Shown here: positions 24,601-38,425 of the stretch, piece by piece
How the letters are laid out: each line of letters begins with the position of its first letter
How positions within the stretch are numbered: position 1 is the first letter of the stretch
Origin: Octopus vulgaris
Lineage: Eukaryota
DNA: 64,000 nt
Assembly (NCBI GenBank): GCA_951406725.2
Contig: OX597815.1
Location: 161,510,001 to 161,574,000, forward strand
Reading direction: 5' to 3'
Notes under the pieces: generated by a model
Databases searched by the model: none
The model's input: the letters and a program-made list of their open reading frames with translations, nothing else
Told to the model about the DNA's origin: nothing
Position numbers and translations under genes: made by a program

Positions 24601-25217
24601 GATCAGGCCAGTTTGAACACAAAGCAAGTTGAATGTTTGGGCTGGATATAGCCAGTTTAAATGTTAAAGTGTTGAACCATAATCATTTTATCATTTCCCC
24701 AGTTGAAATGTGTCAAAAAACCATATTATCCAAATACTTCCTTCCAATTTTTAATATAATAGGATATGATATGAAAGCAACTCAACTACTATTTTTAGTA
24801 GGCTGAGTAACCAAACCGTCCAGAAGTTCCCTTATTTAACTTCACTAAGATGTCTCATTAACAGAAGATAGTTTAGCAAGAAATCTAGATAAGCAAGGCA
24901 GATATTTGAATTTCTTGTAATTTTCACTAATCTCCCTGGAGATAAGGGATCTCATTAAAATGAAATCCATGTCTTCTCTGTTAGTAGGAAATGGAGAATG
25001 TGTAGGCCATCAATTTAACACCAGCATGCATTAATATTCATTGTAATACCAAGTTTATTTAATCAACTCTCATGGTATCTGGTTTCCTTTAATTAAAGAC
25101 ATTATTTATTCAAATTCAATTTCTCATGATATTTCATTTCAGTCCATCAACTTTATTTCCTTCTTAATTCTGGCACTAATACTTTTACATACATTCACTT
25201 ATACATTGCCTTTCTCT

Positions 25218-25530
25218 TGCTCTCTCTCTCTCTCTCTCTGTCCCCCTCTCTCTATCCCCTCTCTCTCTCTCTCTGTCCCCTCTCTCTCTCTATCCCCTCT
25301 CTCTCTCTCTGTCCCCCCTCTCATTCTCTCTCTCTCTCTTTTCTCTTTTTCTATCCGTCGGTTTATCTGTCTATCTATTTATCTGTCTGTCTATAACTAT
25401 CTATATATCTATCTGTCTGTCTGTCTGTCTGCCTGCCTGCCTGCCTGTCTGTCTGTCAGTGCGTCCGTCCGCCCGTCCTTCCGTCTGTCTGTCTGTCTGC
25501 CTATCTATCTATCTATCTATCTATCTATCA

Positions 25531-25585
<55 letters not shown>
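25218..25585. repeat. Compound (CT)n/(TCTG)n/(CTAT)n microsatellite
   Basis: Seen directly. Confidence 0.95.
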
Positions 25586-25587
<2 letters not shown>

Positions 25588-26005
25588 ACCTGCTTGTTAG
25601 AGTGGATGTGTGGTAAGCAGCCTGCCTACCAACTACATGGTTCCTGGTTCAGTCCCACTGCATGGCACCTTGGGCAAGTGTCTTCTACTATAACCTTGAG
25701 CTGACCAACACCTTGTGAGTGGATATGGTAGACGGAAACTGAAAGTAGCCCGTCGTATATATGTATATATGTGTGTGTGTATATGTTGTGTATCTGTGTT
25801 TGTCTCCCCAACATCATCTGACAACCAATGCTGGTGTGTTTAGGTCCTCGTAACTTAGCAGTCCGGCAAAAGAGACCGATAGAATAAATACTACGCTTAC
25901 AAAGAATAAGTCCTGGGGGCAATTTGATTCGACTAAAGGCGGTGCTCCAGCATGGTCACTGTCAAATGACTGAAACAAGTAAAAGAAAAAGAAAGTATAT
26001 ATATA

Positions 26006-26406
26006 CTAGCAGCTAAGCCCAGTTTCACCCGGTCTGTTTTGAGGATGTGGCTGTGATTGTTTTCGGTTAGGCATAATCTATAACAGTGTTTGTCAACCTT
26101 ATCATCTCGGGTCCCCTGTTTCGATTGGAGCCTCCAGATATATGAAAATTTCCTGATCCCACCCCATCAGCTTCTGAGCAACTGGTTGTTTTAATGGCAG
26201 AAGAAAGAGGGAAATTCCATTAGAAAAGTTTTAATCGATTTTCTCGGTAAGTATGGGGGTTAGGAAAAAATACAAACTGCATTCCAATCTATGCACCTGT
26301 CTCCACATATATGCCATTTTTCACACAAATCCACCTGGCCATTTGGCTGTGAACCTCAAGACAAGAAAGAATACAATGACTGCCCATGTCCAATTTATAT
26401 TATAGA
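26006..26406 (-). mobile_element. Non-autonomous Helitron
   Basis: Minus strand begins TC(tataatataaa) and ends CTAG, between host A and T; GC-rich imperfect hairpin ccgggtgaaactggg just before the 3' end; no TSD. Confidence 0.75.
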
Positions 26407-26948
26407 TATAGCGGTGTATATACACTTTGGTCTCTCTCTCTCTCTATATATATATATGTCTGTCTGTCTATCTATCTATCTTTCTATCTATTTGTCTGTA
26501 CACATGCCCAATACACAATGCACACATACACACCTCACACAAGCACACACATATACCACACACACACACACACAAACTCACACTCACACACACATACACA
26601 CATACACATATATTCGTATTTCTATTCTTTTATTGTTTTACTAGTTTCCATCCTTGGATTGCAGATCAGCTGTTGCATGGCCTTCGAAGGTTTTGGTTGA
26701 TCTTATTTACCCAGGACTACAACATTAACAAAACCACCAATAAAGACATGGAAACATATACACAAAGACACTCACATACACTGACTCACAAATACTTGCA
26801 TACACACATATCCATCCATCCATCCATCCATCCATCCATCCATCCATACATACATACATACATACATACATACATACATACATGCATACATATAGGTAAT
26901 GAAAAATTATAGAGGTGAACTCTTTTCAGGAAACAAAATTTGAAACTA

Positions 26949-27101
26949 ATAACCCTTTCATTACTAACCTGGCTGAAACCGGCTCTGACTCTGAGTACAA
27001 ATGTCATGTTTTCATAAGTTTTGAATTAAAATCTTCCACCAAACCTTTAATTGAAAGAAACACAGAGCATCTCAAAATAAAAACAGTAACGTAAGGGTTA
27101 A
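26949..27101. mobile_element. piggyBac-type MITE, internally deleted
   Basis: ataa-ccctttcattac ... gtaacgtaaggg-ttaa termini. Confidence 0.55.
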
Positions 27102-27820
27102 ATAAGCATTACATTTGACAGAGTAATCTGGCCGCAAAAAGGTTAAAGTATTTTTACAACAGCTGATTGAACATGTGGAAGCCATCTAAAGAATAGATAC
27201 TCAGAAAAAGACCATGAGAGTAGATGGAAAGAAAGACTAAACATGAAGGGAGAACACAGAAGAGATAGGAAACAAAGAAAGAATAAAGCGAGAGGTAAAA
27301 ATGTCCAAAATGAATTTTCGTTTTGTATCTTTTCTAATGATTCATTGATATGAGAAATTCCATCATCACCAGTGGAGGTCATCTTGATAAGTGGCTTTTA
27401 CAAGGAACTTTTGTTTCTTCAAGATATTTAATCAAATATATTATGGCACTTAAACTGAAAAGGTTAGTGAAAAGGCCATGGGTTTTCTTATTAGCATGTA
27501 TTTCTGCTGTGACACTGTCATCTTTATTATAATCTTCATTATTATTATTACTATTATCTTCATTATTATTATACAAATTAAAAATCTCCAGCTTTCTGTT
27601 GAATGCTATATTGCTATATTAACCTAAAAATTAAAATTTTAGGAAGCATTACACAAATATACAGGTGCAGGAGTGGCTGTGTGGTAAGTAGCTTGCTTAC
27701 CAATCACATGTTTCTGAGTTCAGTCCCACTACGTGCCACCTTGGGTAAGTGTCTTCTACTATGGTCTCAGGCTGACCAAAGCCTTGTGAGTGGACTTGGT
27801 AGAGGGAAACTGAAAGAAGC

Positions 27821-27865
<45 letters not shown>

Positions 27866-29329
27866 TATGTGTGTGTGTATTAAATATATTAAATATGCAT
27901 GTATGTAAACATACCAACCGATGTTGGTGTGTTTACATCCCCGTAGCTTAGTAGTTCAGCTAAAGAGACTGATATAATAAGTCCTGGGGTCGATTTCTTT
28001 GAGTAAAGGTAGTGCTCCAGCATGGCCACAGTCAAATGACTCAAGGAAGTAAAAGATTAAAAGAGTAAAGGAGTATGTGTGTGTATATATGTGAATATGT
28101 ATGTTTGTGTGTATGTATATTTGTGAGTGTATGCATTTGAGAGAGGGGTATAAGTGTGTGCTTATGTGTATGTATATTTTTATGTATGTGTGTGCATACA
28201 TTTGTGTTTGTATGTATTCTTTTATACTTTTACACATTTCAGCCTAATGCTGTGGCTATGCTGGGGCATTGCCATGTCTACGTATGTATGTGTGTGAATG
28301 TATAAGTATTATTTTAAGCTGTAATTCTTTGGATTATGACTGCACATCATATGATTCACTGAATCTTGAGCAATTAAAAAATAAATTAAATGCTCTTATC
28401 ATCATCACCATCATCATCATCATCATCATCATCATTATCATCATTTAACATCTGTGTTCCGTGCTAGATGGATAGGTTATATATATATATACCTATCACA
28501 CACATGATCACGTGACCGACCAGGCTATCAGATGTTGTTACATATCGCTGGTCACAATGCGATTTTGCATTGTTTTAGCCATTGAATGATGCCACCACGC
28601 TGGCTAGGTGAGCATGCCAGCATTCCCCACCTGATCGAAGGGGAAATTACATGTTTTGCTCAAGCATACAATACACCAACCAGTCAGGGAATTAAACCCA
28701 TGATCTAGTGATCATGAGTTCAACAGCCTGACCCCTAGGCCACATACCTTCACATATATACATACATATCACTAAAATATATATAAAGCATTAGATATAT
28801 GTTAACAATAAAAAAAAAATCTTTCGATCTAGTTAGAATATATTATATTATTATATAAGGCTGTCTGTCATTTACTCGCTGTCTTTTTGATATATTACAA
28901 CAAAAATAACAAATATTTGATTCGTAGGACTAAAGCGAATTTTTTTTAATCTTTTTGAAAGCATTGATTAAAATATTACCTGACTGTCTAGTCTTCAGTC
29001 ATCAAGTGATTAAAATCTTTTAGTAAATATTTTGATTTGTAATGACAGTGTATGCTCACAAATACAAGTAGCCAAAACGGGTTCCTCTGAAGATTCTCTG
29101 GAGTAATGTTACTCGTGAAGGTGCATAACTTCGAGATCAGGGAATCCCCCAAGGTTTATCAGCTATTTCTCCAGGTTGGGAGGTCACAGCTCTGGCATTA
29201 CAGACATGTAATTAGAATGCTGCAGGAAGGAATCTCATGAGGGATTCTTCAAGCTAAGCCAAGCCAGTCAGCAGGAGAGCTAGAAGTAGGCCAAGAATGA
29301 AATGCTTAGTGTATTATAACCTCAATTGG

Positions 29330-29560
29330 GTGGCGAGCTGGCAGAATCGTTAGCATGCGGGGCAAAATGCTTAGCAGTTTTTCATCTGCCGTTACGTTCT
29401 GAGTACAAATTCTGCTGAGGTTGACTTTGCCTTTCATCCTTTCGGGGTCAATTAAATAAGTACCAGTTACGCACTGGAGTCGATGTAATCGACTTAATCC
29501 CGTTGTCTGTCCTTGTTTGTCCTCTCTGTGTTTAGCCCCTTGTGGGCAATAACGAAATAA
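29330..29560 (+). mobile_element. SINE family B with 17-bp TSD
   Basis: TSD attataacctcaattgg on both sides. Confidence 0.9.
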
Positions 29561-31030
29561 ATTATAACCTCAATTGGTCATGCTTGGGAATTCAATCAAA
29601 AAACGTAATGATGGTTGCTTCTGATAGGATCTTATGATATCTCAGAACCCTATTCTAGCAATCCTCCCAGGAATAAATGGATGGATGAATGGATGACAAA
29701 AAATCTAAATTAATTCTGTATGGACCTTAAAGATGAAATTTCTGGTAAACAATGTACTTATTGTCTTTAAGAAGTAAAGATCATCACAATCATCCTTTTT
29801 TTATTTAAAAGGTTTAGGGGACTCCACCCCCATGTGTCATGAATAACCATGGGACTGCACCTAGAAAGTTCCCCTCTGAGGCACAGGTCCAGGCAAGATT
29901 GTTTTTGGAAGACCAGCAGTTGCCCATGCATACCAGCCTCCACTTTCCATGACACCAATGTTATCCAAAGGATCTGCAAAGGCCAATCAGTTTGGGACCA
30001 GTGGTGTCACAACTCATTTCTAAAACTGAGTGAACTGGAGCAACATGAAATAAAGTGTCTTGCTTAAGAACACAACACACAGCCCAGTCTGGGAATCAAA
30101 CTCACTACCTCATGATTGTGAGCCCGACGCTCTAACCACTGAGCCATGCACCTTCACAAGATTTAGCCTAAAAAGGTTCAGCATATTACTCTTTTACTCT
30201 TTTACTGGTTTCAGTCAGTTGAGTGTGGCCATGCTGGAGCACCACCTTTAGTCGAGCAAATCAACCCCAGGACTTATTCTTTATAAGCCTAAAACTTATT
30301 CTATTGGTCTCTTTTGCTGAACCGCTAAGTTACGGGGATACAAACACACCACCATCAGTTGTCAAGCGATGTTGGGGGGACAAACACAGACACACACACA
30401 CATACATATACATATATATACATATATATGATGGGCTTCTTTCAGTTTCCGTCTACCAAATCCATTCACAAGGCTTTGGTGGCCCAAGGCTATAGTAGAA
30501 GACACAAGGTACCACGCAGTGGGAATGAACCTAGAACCATGTGGTTGGTAAGCAAGCTACTTGCCACACAGCCACTCTATAATTTTTTTAAAGAATTTTA
30601 TAAATTCTAACATTGTTATTTTTTTAAAATCATAGATATTTTGACAAACTTGTAGAAAGATCATCCCATATGTTTAAAAGAACACTTATGCTGATTAAAT
30701 TGTCTTATAACTGATTCCTGTAAAGAGCACTGCTGACACAATTTAACACGGTATTGAGTTATAAAAACGTTTGATATACTTCATCATATATTATGGTTGC
30801 ACAATGAAATACCACATCCCTACAAGTCATTAGTTAATTCCTAACTCAAAGAACATTTAATTTTATTCAAAGGAAACTATAAAAAAATCGTTTTAAATTT
30901 ATAGTAATATAATACATTCATTCTTAAGAATGATACTAATAACGTTCAACAATAAAAGATTTATTTATTAAAATTTGAACAAGAGATTCAGAGGAATGCA
31001 GATTTTATAACCAATTTAAACAAAGCTTCA

Positions 31031-31265
31031 CTAATGTTCAATATGCACACCACCTGTGACACGACACACATGAAGTCAGTAGTCCAGCTCCTGCCAAACT
31101 TGTTGTAGCATGTCTTGTGTAACATTCTCCAGCACCTCAGTGATTTTCTGCTTGAGTTCATCTAGGCTTGTAGGAAGAGAGAGGATATAAACCAGTACTT
31201 TCACATAGCCCCATAGAAAAGAAATCACAAGGTGCCAAGTCAGGTGAAAATGATGGCCATTTCAA
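31031..31265 (-). mobile_element. Tc1/mariner-superfamily transposase C-terminal fragment (rosa/DD41D-like)
   Basis: WPSFSPDLAPCDF../WGYVKS..PTSLDELKQKITE..QDMLQQVWQELDY..VCRVTGGVHIEH*, with frameshifts. Confidence 0.8.
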
Positions 31266-32247
31266 CAGCACGCTGTGATTATCACTGGCAGACCCAATCA
31301 GTTTTTGCACATTTTGTTAAAATTTGAGATCATTTGAGTGAGAATTGGCTATGTTATTAGGCTGCAATAGTATGATATGAACATATGTCTGCGTATGTAT
31401 GCTTCTTTCTTTGCTTGTGACATGTACTTGTAAATGTGTATAAGTATTTGCGCATGCATGCGCATACACTTGACTCTGTGTGCATGTCTGTGTAATTGTA
31501 CCTGTGTATGTACATGTGTTTTGTACTAGCAACAGTGAAAGCATACATGTGCATGTGTGTCTGTCTGTGTGTCTGTTTAGAGCTGCAGTTCTCAAACCTC
31601 TTATAGCTTGGTGTCCCTTTCATCGAACGGTATTTTACAAACAGCTGCTATGCAAGTTTAACACACACATACACAAATATGCACCCACACACAAACACAC
31701 ACATGCACATACATGCACGTGCACTCACATGCACACACACACACACACACACAAATACACACACACAAATTCATTCACATACACTCACAGAAATACACAC
31801 ACACACACACATACACACAAATAATAAAGAAAACACAGCACAGATTATTTTAACTAAACAGAAGCTAATTCCGAGCAATGGCTTATTATCTATATTTTTT
31901 CCTCATCCATCAAATACCTCTTTTTCAATATCTGCATGGCTTAATATGCAAACACTATTAAGTTTTTATGAAAATTATTGAAGAAAGTGAGAACTTACAT
32001 AATTTAATTACATTGAACCTTGATACATTATCAATCATGTTTCTATTCAAAGATAACCAAATGTTTGACTCATATTACTATTTTTGAAAATGTATTTATA
32101 TGTGTTGTACCTGGATTAACTCTTTCTTTACTTCCCCACCTGAGACCACAACTGATTCTATGATGCATACTCACTATTTTAAGGTGATCTACATTAAAAC
32201 TTCCCATTAAGATTTTATGATAATTTACATTCCAAGTACTAGAACAA

Positions 32248-32365
32248 GTTTATGGCCATATCACGTTGAATGTACCGGTTCTCAACCAATCACCGAAGTC
32301 AAACAACTTTAAACCTAGTGAGTACTTAGATAGGTGACCGTTGAGAAACCTAGGTGCTGGAAGCA
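32248..32365 (+). pseudogene. 5S rRNA pseudogene
   Basis: gtttatggccatatcacgttgaa..accggttctc..atcaccgaagtcaa..agtacttagataggtgaccg..ggtgctg aligns with the full length of 5S; many substitutions; A-rich 3' flank and no T-run terminator. Confidence 0.88.
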
Positions 32366-33073
32366 TGGAAAAAATAAAAGGATTAATAAAAATTAATCAA
32401 TATAGGTGCAGGAGTGGCTGTGTGGTAAGTAACTTGCTTACCAACCACATGGTTCCGGGTTCAGTCCCACTGCGTGGCACCTTGGGCAAGTGTCTTCTAC
32501 TATAGCCTTGGGCTGACCAAAGCCTTGTGGGTGGATTTGTTATATATATATATATATATATATATAATAATAAGAGTAAATAATTCCTATAATGGTTTTT
32601 AAAAAACCAACAATTATTTACTGGTAGAATTCGGCATGTAAATATAACCGATTAACGGTAGGAACTTCTGTAAAGTTCAGTATATATATTGTATATAAAT
32701 AAATGGGGCAGGCAACAGGTTGCTTGGCCGCATACCGAAAAGCTAGAAATAGCAGTCAAGACTGTTTATTTCTATTTTCTACAAGTGGGACTCCACATAC
32801 GACATATCCCTGTAATTCACATATGCAAAACAGAAGGAATAAATAACAAAAACAAAGTCTGACGGTCATTTGCGAACATGTTTCTAGATTATAAATATAT
32901 TGAATATATATTTCATATATATTTTGAATATATTATGGAGATGTACTTGCATAGCAAGTGATTTGATCTGAGATCGTGTGCTGGAACGAAAACAATTGCA
33001 GCGTGGAAGGTGTTTGTAAGCCATTTAAGAAACACACAAAAGCCGTTCGATTCACTTCAACATTTAAGTTTAA

Positions 33074-33124
33074 TTTGTCAAAATATTTTTGTCACTTTAA
33101 GACCGCGACCTGTTCACTGACAAA
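33074..33124 (-). ncRNA. Hammerhead-like G3-C8 variant, copy 2
   Basis: tttgtca GTGAACA g gtcgc-ggtcttaaa-gtgac AAAA atat TT tgacaaa. Confidence 0.55.
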
Positions 33125-33143
33125 AATCCGTGCTGCACGGATT

Positions 33144-33193
33144 TTTGTCAGTGAACAGGTCGCGGATTTTTGCGACAAAAATATTTTGACAAA
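33144..33193 (+). ncRNA. Hammerhead-like G3-C8 variant, copy 3
   Basis: tttgtca GTGAACA g gtcgc-ggattttt-gcgac AAAA atat TT tgacaaa; perfect stem II with a different loop. Confidence 0.55.
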
Positions 33194-33879
33194 TTAAACT
33201 TAAATGTTGAAGTGAATCGAACGGCTTTTGTGTGTTTCTTAAATGGCTTACAAACACCTTCCACGCTGCAATTATTTGAATATATATTTCATATATATTA
33301 CATTTATATATTACTATTTATATATTACTATTTCTAACTTTTCGGTATACGGCCAAGCAATCTGTTGCCTGCCCCTTTTATTTATATATATATGTTGGGG
33401 ATATATATATATATGTATGTATGTGTGTGTATATGTTTGCATGTCTGTGTTTGTCCCCCCAACATCGCTTGACAACTGATGCAGTGTGTTCACATCCCCG
33501 TAACTTAGCAGTTTAGCAAAAGAGATTGATAGAGTTAGTACTAGGCTTACAAAGAATAAGTCCTGGGGCCGATTTGCTCGACTAAAGGTGGTGCTCCATC
33601 ATGGCCGCAGTCAAATGACTGAAACAAGTAAAAGAGTAAAAGAGTAAAGACAAAGTTATTTATATTTTTCATCTTTTACTTGTTTCAGTCATTAGACTGC
33701 AGCCATGCTTGGGCACTGCTTTGAAGTATTTTTATCAAATGACTTGACCCCAGTACTAACTATTATTTTGTAAAGCCTGGCGTTTAGTCTATTGGTCACT
33801 TTTGCCCAACTGCTAGGTTGCAGGGATGTAAACACACCAAGCAGTGGTACAACACAAACACAGACATAAAGAGACACAG

Positions 33880-33928
<49 letters not shown>

Positions 33929-34722
33929 ATGGACTTCTTTCTGTTTCCATCTACCAAATCCACTCACAAGGCTTTGGTCAGCCCGAGGCTATAGCAGAAG
34001 ATGCTTGCCCAAGATGCCTCAAAGAGTGACTGAACCTGGAACCATGTAGTTGCAAAGCAAGCAAGCTTCCTACCAGACAGCTACTCCTGCACCTGCTTCT
34101 AACTTTACCATTCTTTCTTACCTCAAAAGAATGGTAAGCTAAGTGGACTGTAGTAGAATTTAAATCCAGAACATTTAGCCAGAAGAAATCCAGCTAAGCA
34201 TTTTGTCCAGCATGCTAAAGTCTCAGTCAGCTCATCACCCTACATTAATTTAATAATGACAAAGTTACATAACCATTTAGCATTTAAACTGGCCGTATTT
34301 GGCCAAAATATTCTGCCTGTTTCATAGCCAAACAGGCCAAATCTGGCCTCTCACACTTACCCTACAATGTCATTCTAAAAATAATCAGTCACATCATCAA
34401 AATCTTGAAGCTACAAGATAATACATGTTTAATACAAAGTTGTTGGCATACTTTTTGTCTTGGGAGACAATGGAGTTGCACATAAAATAATCTAGTCCAG
34501 CTTTTACATTTCATGTCCTAATACATCTCCTGCTGTGGCTGTGTAGTCCTATCCTGGACAAACACTCTTTGCCTGGCTGGTTGTAATGTGCATAAATAAG
34601 CAGTACATTTAACAGAATAATCTCAATGCTAAAGGATTAAATAAATTCTTCATTATTTTATAAATAAATTGAAACAAAGGCAGTGTATTACTGCACTTGC
34701 TTTCCTGCCTGCCTGTCTGAAC

Positions 34723-34995
34723 ACCACTTGCTACTGACACCTTCTCCAGTAGTAACTTGGTGAGTTCAGTAACCAGCCCAGGCTTCGTTGCTAGTCAGGC
34801 TGAAAAGAGCAAATTTTCAAAGTATCGTTCATTCGCTCGCTCTCCAAAAGGTTTATAGTCAAGACCATATCCCCGATCACCACTATTGGGGCAAAGATGG
34901 CTGTCCACAAGTGTGAGCCCCATGAGTCAGAGTGCCCATTCCAGCACATCACACTTGCCATCCTCTAGGATTACACCTTTTTCATTTTGCCTGCT
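34723..34995 (+). mobile_element. CRE-clade retrotransposon, restriction-like endonuclease C-terminal fragment
   Basis: TDTFSSSNLVSSVTSPGFVASQAEKSKFSKYRS and IGAKMAVHKCEPHESECPFQHITLAIL resemble the DT..S.......G..A..AE..K..KY and FQRLSIAIQRGN motifs. Confidence 0.7.
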
Positions 34996-36679
34996 GGGAA
35001 CATGAAGCAGTCTGAATTACAGGAAATCTAGAGATTGTAAAAATTTCGTAGCTTACTGCTCTGGCAGAAACGTTAGCATGCCGGGCGAAATGCTTAGTGG
35101 TATTTCATCTGTCTTTACGTTCTGAGTTCAAATTCCGCTGAGGTCGACTTTGCCTTTCATCCTTTCAGGGTCGAATAAACAAGTACCAGTTACTGGGGTC
35201 GATATAATCGACTTAATCCGTTTTTCTGTCCTTGTTTGTCCCGACTGTGTTTAGCCCCTTGTGGGTAGTAAAGAAATAGGTATTTCGTCTATCTTTACTT
35301 TCTGAGTTCAAATTCCGCTGAGGTCGACTTTGCCTTTCATCCTTTCGAGGTCGATAAATTAAGTACAAGTTGTGTACTGGAATTAATCTAATAGACAGGA
35401 CCCATCCCCTAAAATTTCGGGCCTTGTGCCTAGAATAGAAAAGTTGGTTTAATATACCTTTACTTGCAAACAAAGAACATAGTACCATGGTGCAATTTCA
35501 CTTCATTGTTTATCTGTCTGTCGCCTGTCTGTCTATCTGTCTGATTTTCTGTTTGTCTTTTTGTGTCTTCCTACTCTACCTGTCTGTCTGCCAGTCTGCC
35601 TGCCAGCCCTGTCTGTCTGTCATTTCTGTGTCAACTAGGAAATTTCTTGGATACACATATGCACATATAATCTCTGCCATACAAGCGACTCCCAGCCTAT
35701 CTGCCTGTCTGTCTGTTTTGTCTCCTCTCTCTCTCTCTCTCATTCTCTCACAAGCAAACATAGACTTGCTCCTACACAACACATCTATCCGCATGTCTGC
35801 CTGCCTGTCTGTCTGTCTGTCTGTCTTTTCGTCTGACTATCTGTTTGCTTACCACCTGTTGAGCTTCCTTGTCAACCTAAATCAGCTGATCACTTCTCAC
35901 TGTCCATTTGTCTGTCTGTATGTCTCCATATATCACTTTTGTCTGTCTGTCTGTCTGTCACTCGTTAATGTGTTTGTGCATTTGAAGGCTTGCATATGAG
36001 TGTTTGTGTGACTGCAGGTGTATTTGTATTTGTATTTGTGTTAGCATATGTATGTGTATGTATGTGTATGAGTGTGTGTCTGTGCGTGTGTGTGTGTGTG
36101 TGTGTGTGTTAGTGGTTTGCTGGGGTCTCTGTCTCTGTGTGCAACTTTATTATTTGTTTCTGTATTTTGAAGTTTATCTTCGTGAGTATGTTTGTTTGTG
36201 TTTGTGCGTCTGCGTACATGTTGGTACGCATGCATGTGTAATATGTGTACGCTCGTCACTATGTACGTTTTTCTGTCTTCTCTGTGTATGTCAATGTTTA
36301 CACAAATGATTTAGCTGTGTGGTTGCTGTTGTTGCTGTTGCTGTTGTTGTTGTTTTCTTATCGTTGTTTAACCCCAGGTTAGAGCAGAGATATGATGAAA
36401 ACTTTTCCAGCCGTGACCATATGGCTTTTTATAAGTGTATGTCATGGCTTTTTATATGTGTATGTCATATGTCATGGTGTATTTTAGAATGACGTAATCT
36501 ATTGTATTCCACTTCATTTTTTCAGTTGGCAGGGTGTGATCTGAGAAAGATTTAGCTGCTTTAACTAGCAAGTCAAACAAACAGATAGAGCTTCTCTCAG
36601 TAGCATGTCTCTGTGGTTCTATCTGTAAACATGTTTATGTGCATGTGTGTTTTTATTACATGTATATAAATAAATGTGC

Positions 36680-36737
<58 letters not shown>

Positions 36738-37047
36738 TTGCATGTATAGACAGAACCATCCGAACGTGGCCGTTGCCAGCGCCGCCCCGACTGGCCTCCA
36801 TGCTGGTGGCACGTAAAAAGCACAATCCGATCGTGGCCATTGCCAGCCTCACCTGGCACCTGTGCCGGTGGCACGTAAAAAGCACCCACTACACTGACGG
36901 AGTGGTTGGCGTTAGGAATGGGCATCCAGCCGTAGAAACATTGCCAGATCAGACTGGGCCTGGTGCAGCCTTCTGGCTTCCCAGACCCCAGTTGAACCAT
37001 CCAACCCATGCTAGCATGGAAAGCGGATGCTAAACGATGATGATGAT

Positions 37048-37085
<38 letters not shown>

Positions 37086-37664
37086 TACACACATATATGT
37101 ATATATCTTACAGCTCTTTCTAAAACAGCTGTGCATATGAAGCATTTTTCAACAAAGATGAGCTTTCCATTTAATAGAGATATAAAGTACAGTATGAAAG
37201 AAAAATGGTCAGAAATTCATGAGAGCAGACAGATAGCAAATAATAGGCATATATAGATTAGGAGTTAGAGGGAGATTCTCTTTAGACAGAGAATTAAGCA
37301 ATATTATTTGATTCTGTGTTTGAAAACTTTCTTATACAAGATATCTTATATGTTTTCTACTACAGGTACAATTTGGTTAACTCCTATTAGCAAATGAAAC
37401 ATATGTAATGGTGAATAAATACTACCAAATATTTTCCACTTTCCTCTTGGTGTATAAGTACTCTGCAAAAATATTTTCCAGTTTTTTTCAACTCTTATGC
37501 ATACCTTACACAATTATAACTGCTACATACAAATCTGGAATATTGGAATAAGCAGATGTGCTGCAAGAGGACACACCTTACACTTTAATCATATCAACAT
37601 AATATATAAATATATATATATATAAATATATGAAAGAATGGAGTTGAACGACGAATTAACAAAA

Positions 37665-37763
37665 TTCCTTTATTTTCGACATATGTTTCAAAGGCTGCAT
37701 ATTCCTAATTTCGAAGGAATAAGGAGTATATTATGCCGCTTTCTCATCAGGAAAAGCAAGGAA
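37665..37763 (-). ncRNA. Type I hammerhead ribozyme with long stem II
   Basis: ttccttgcttttc CTGATGA gaaagcggcata...tatgcagccttt GAAA catatg T C gaaaataaaggaa; GUC cleavage site. Confidence 0.85.
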
Positions 37764-38326
37764 CTTATCAACATCAAGATGTTGACATTTTTATATATTT
37801 CACCCCCATAGTCAAAAAATTCTTTTTATACTTTCAAAGAACTACTACCCAATCCAGTGAGGTATGTGTTACCTTTGTCCCTATACCTCGCCCTCCTCTT
37901 TCTCTCTCTTTCTCTCTCTCTTTCCCTCTATCTATAGTAAGCACATTCAAACACACAGACACAAACCGTTTACCTCACCACTGTCTGTTTTCTGACACCC
38001 ACCCATCCACAAACACAATCACGCACACACATACACACACACACACATTAATGCCATTATATACAGTCACACACACAGACACTCATTCACAAAAGAAAAT
38101 TCACCATTCATTTGAACTGCACCCTTTCACCTTCCTATTCTTATGCCTCTCTTCTCCTACTTCGTTTGAACCCTTGAACCTTTAGAACCTTCTAGATTCT
38201 TCTACATCCAACCATTTTGACGTCACTCCTTATAAAGGAATTTTTTAAAGAGACACTCATTATCACTATGGGCTCCATGTGAGCAGTCATCTAAAAGTTT
38301 TTTGTGCATCTTGATGTTGACATAAG

Positions 38327-38425
38327 TTCCTTGCTTTTCCTGATGAGAAAGCGGCATAATATACTCCTTATTCCTTCGCAATTAGGAATATGCAGCCTTC
38401 GAAACATATGTCAAAAATAAAGGAA
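38327..38425 (+). ncRNA. Type I hammerhead ribozyme with long stem II
   Basis: ttccttgcttttc CTGATGA gaaagcggcata...tatgcagccttc GAAA catatg T C aaaaataaaggaa. Confidence 0.85.

Larger units (their letters stand above)
32690..33392. repeat. Nested palindrome inside the microsatellite of a family A SINE (head 32403-32540, tail 33410-33650)
   Basis: Inner arms 32994-33133 / 33135-33273; outer arms about 32690-32755 / 33325-33392. Confidence 0.88.

Noticed and set aside
29078-29150. Hammerhead at CTGAAGA flanked by gggttcct/agggaatccc
   Set aside because: No GAAA with a matching stem II or III; better read as a generic hairpin
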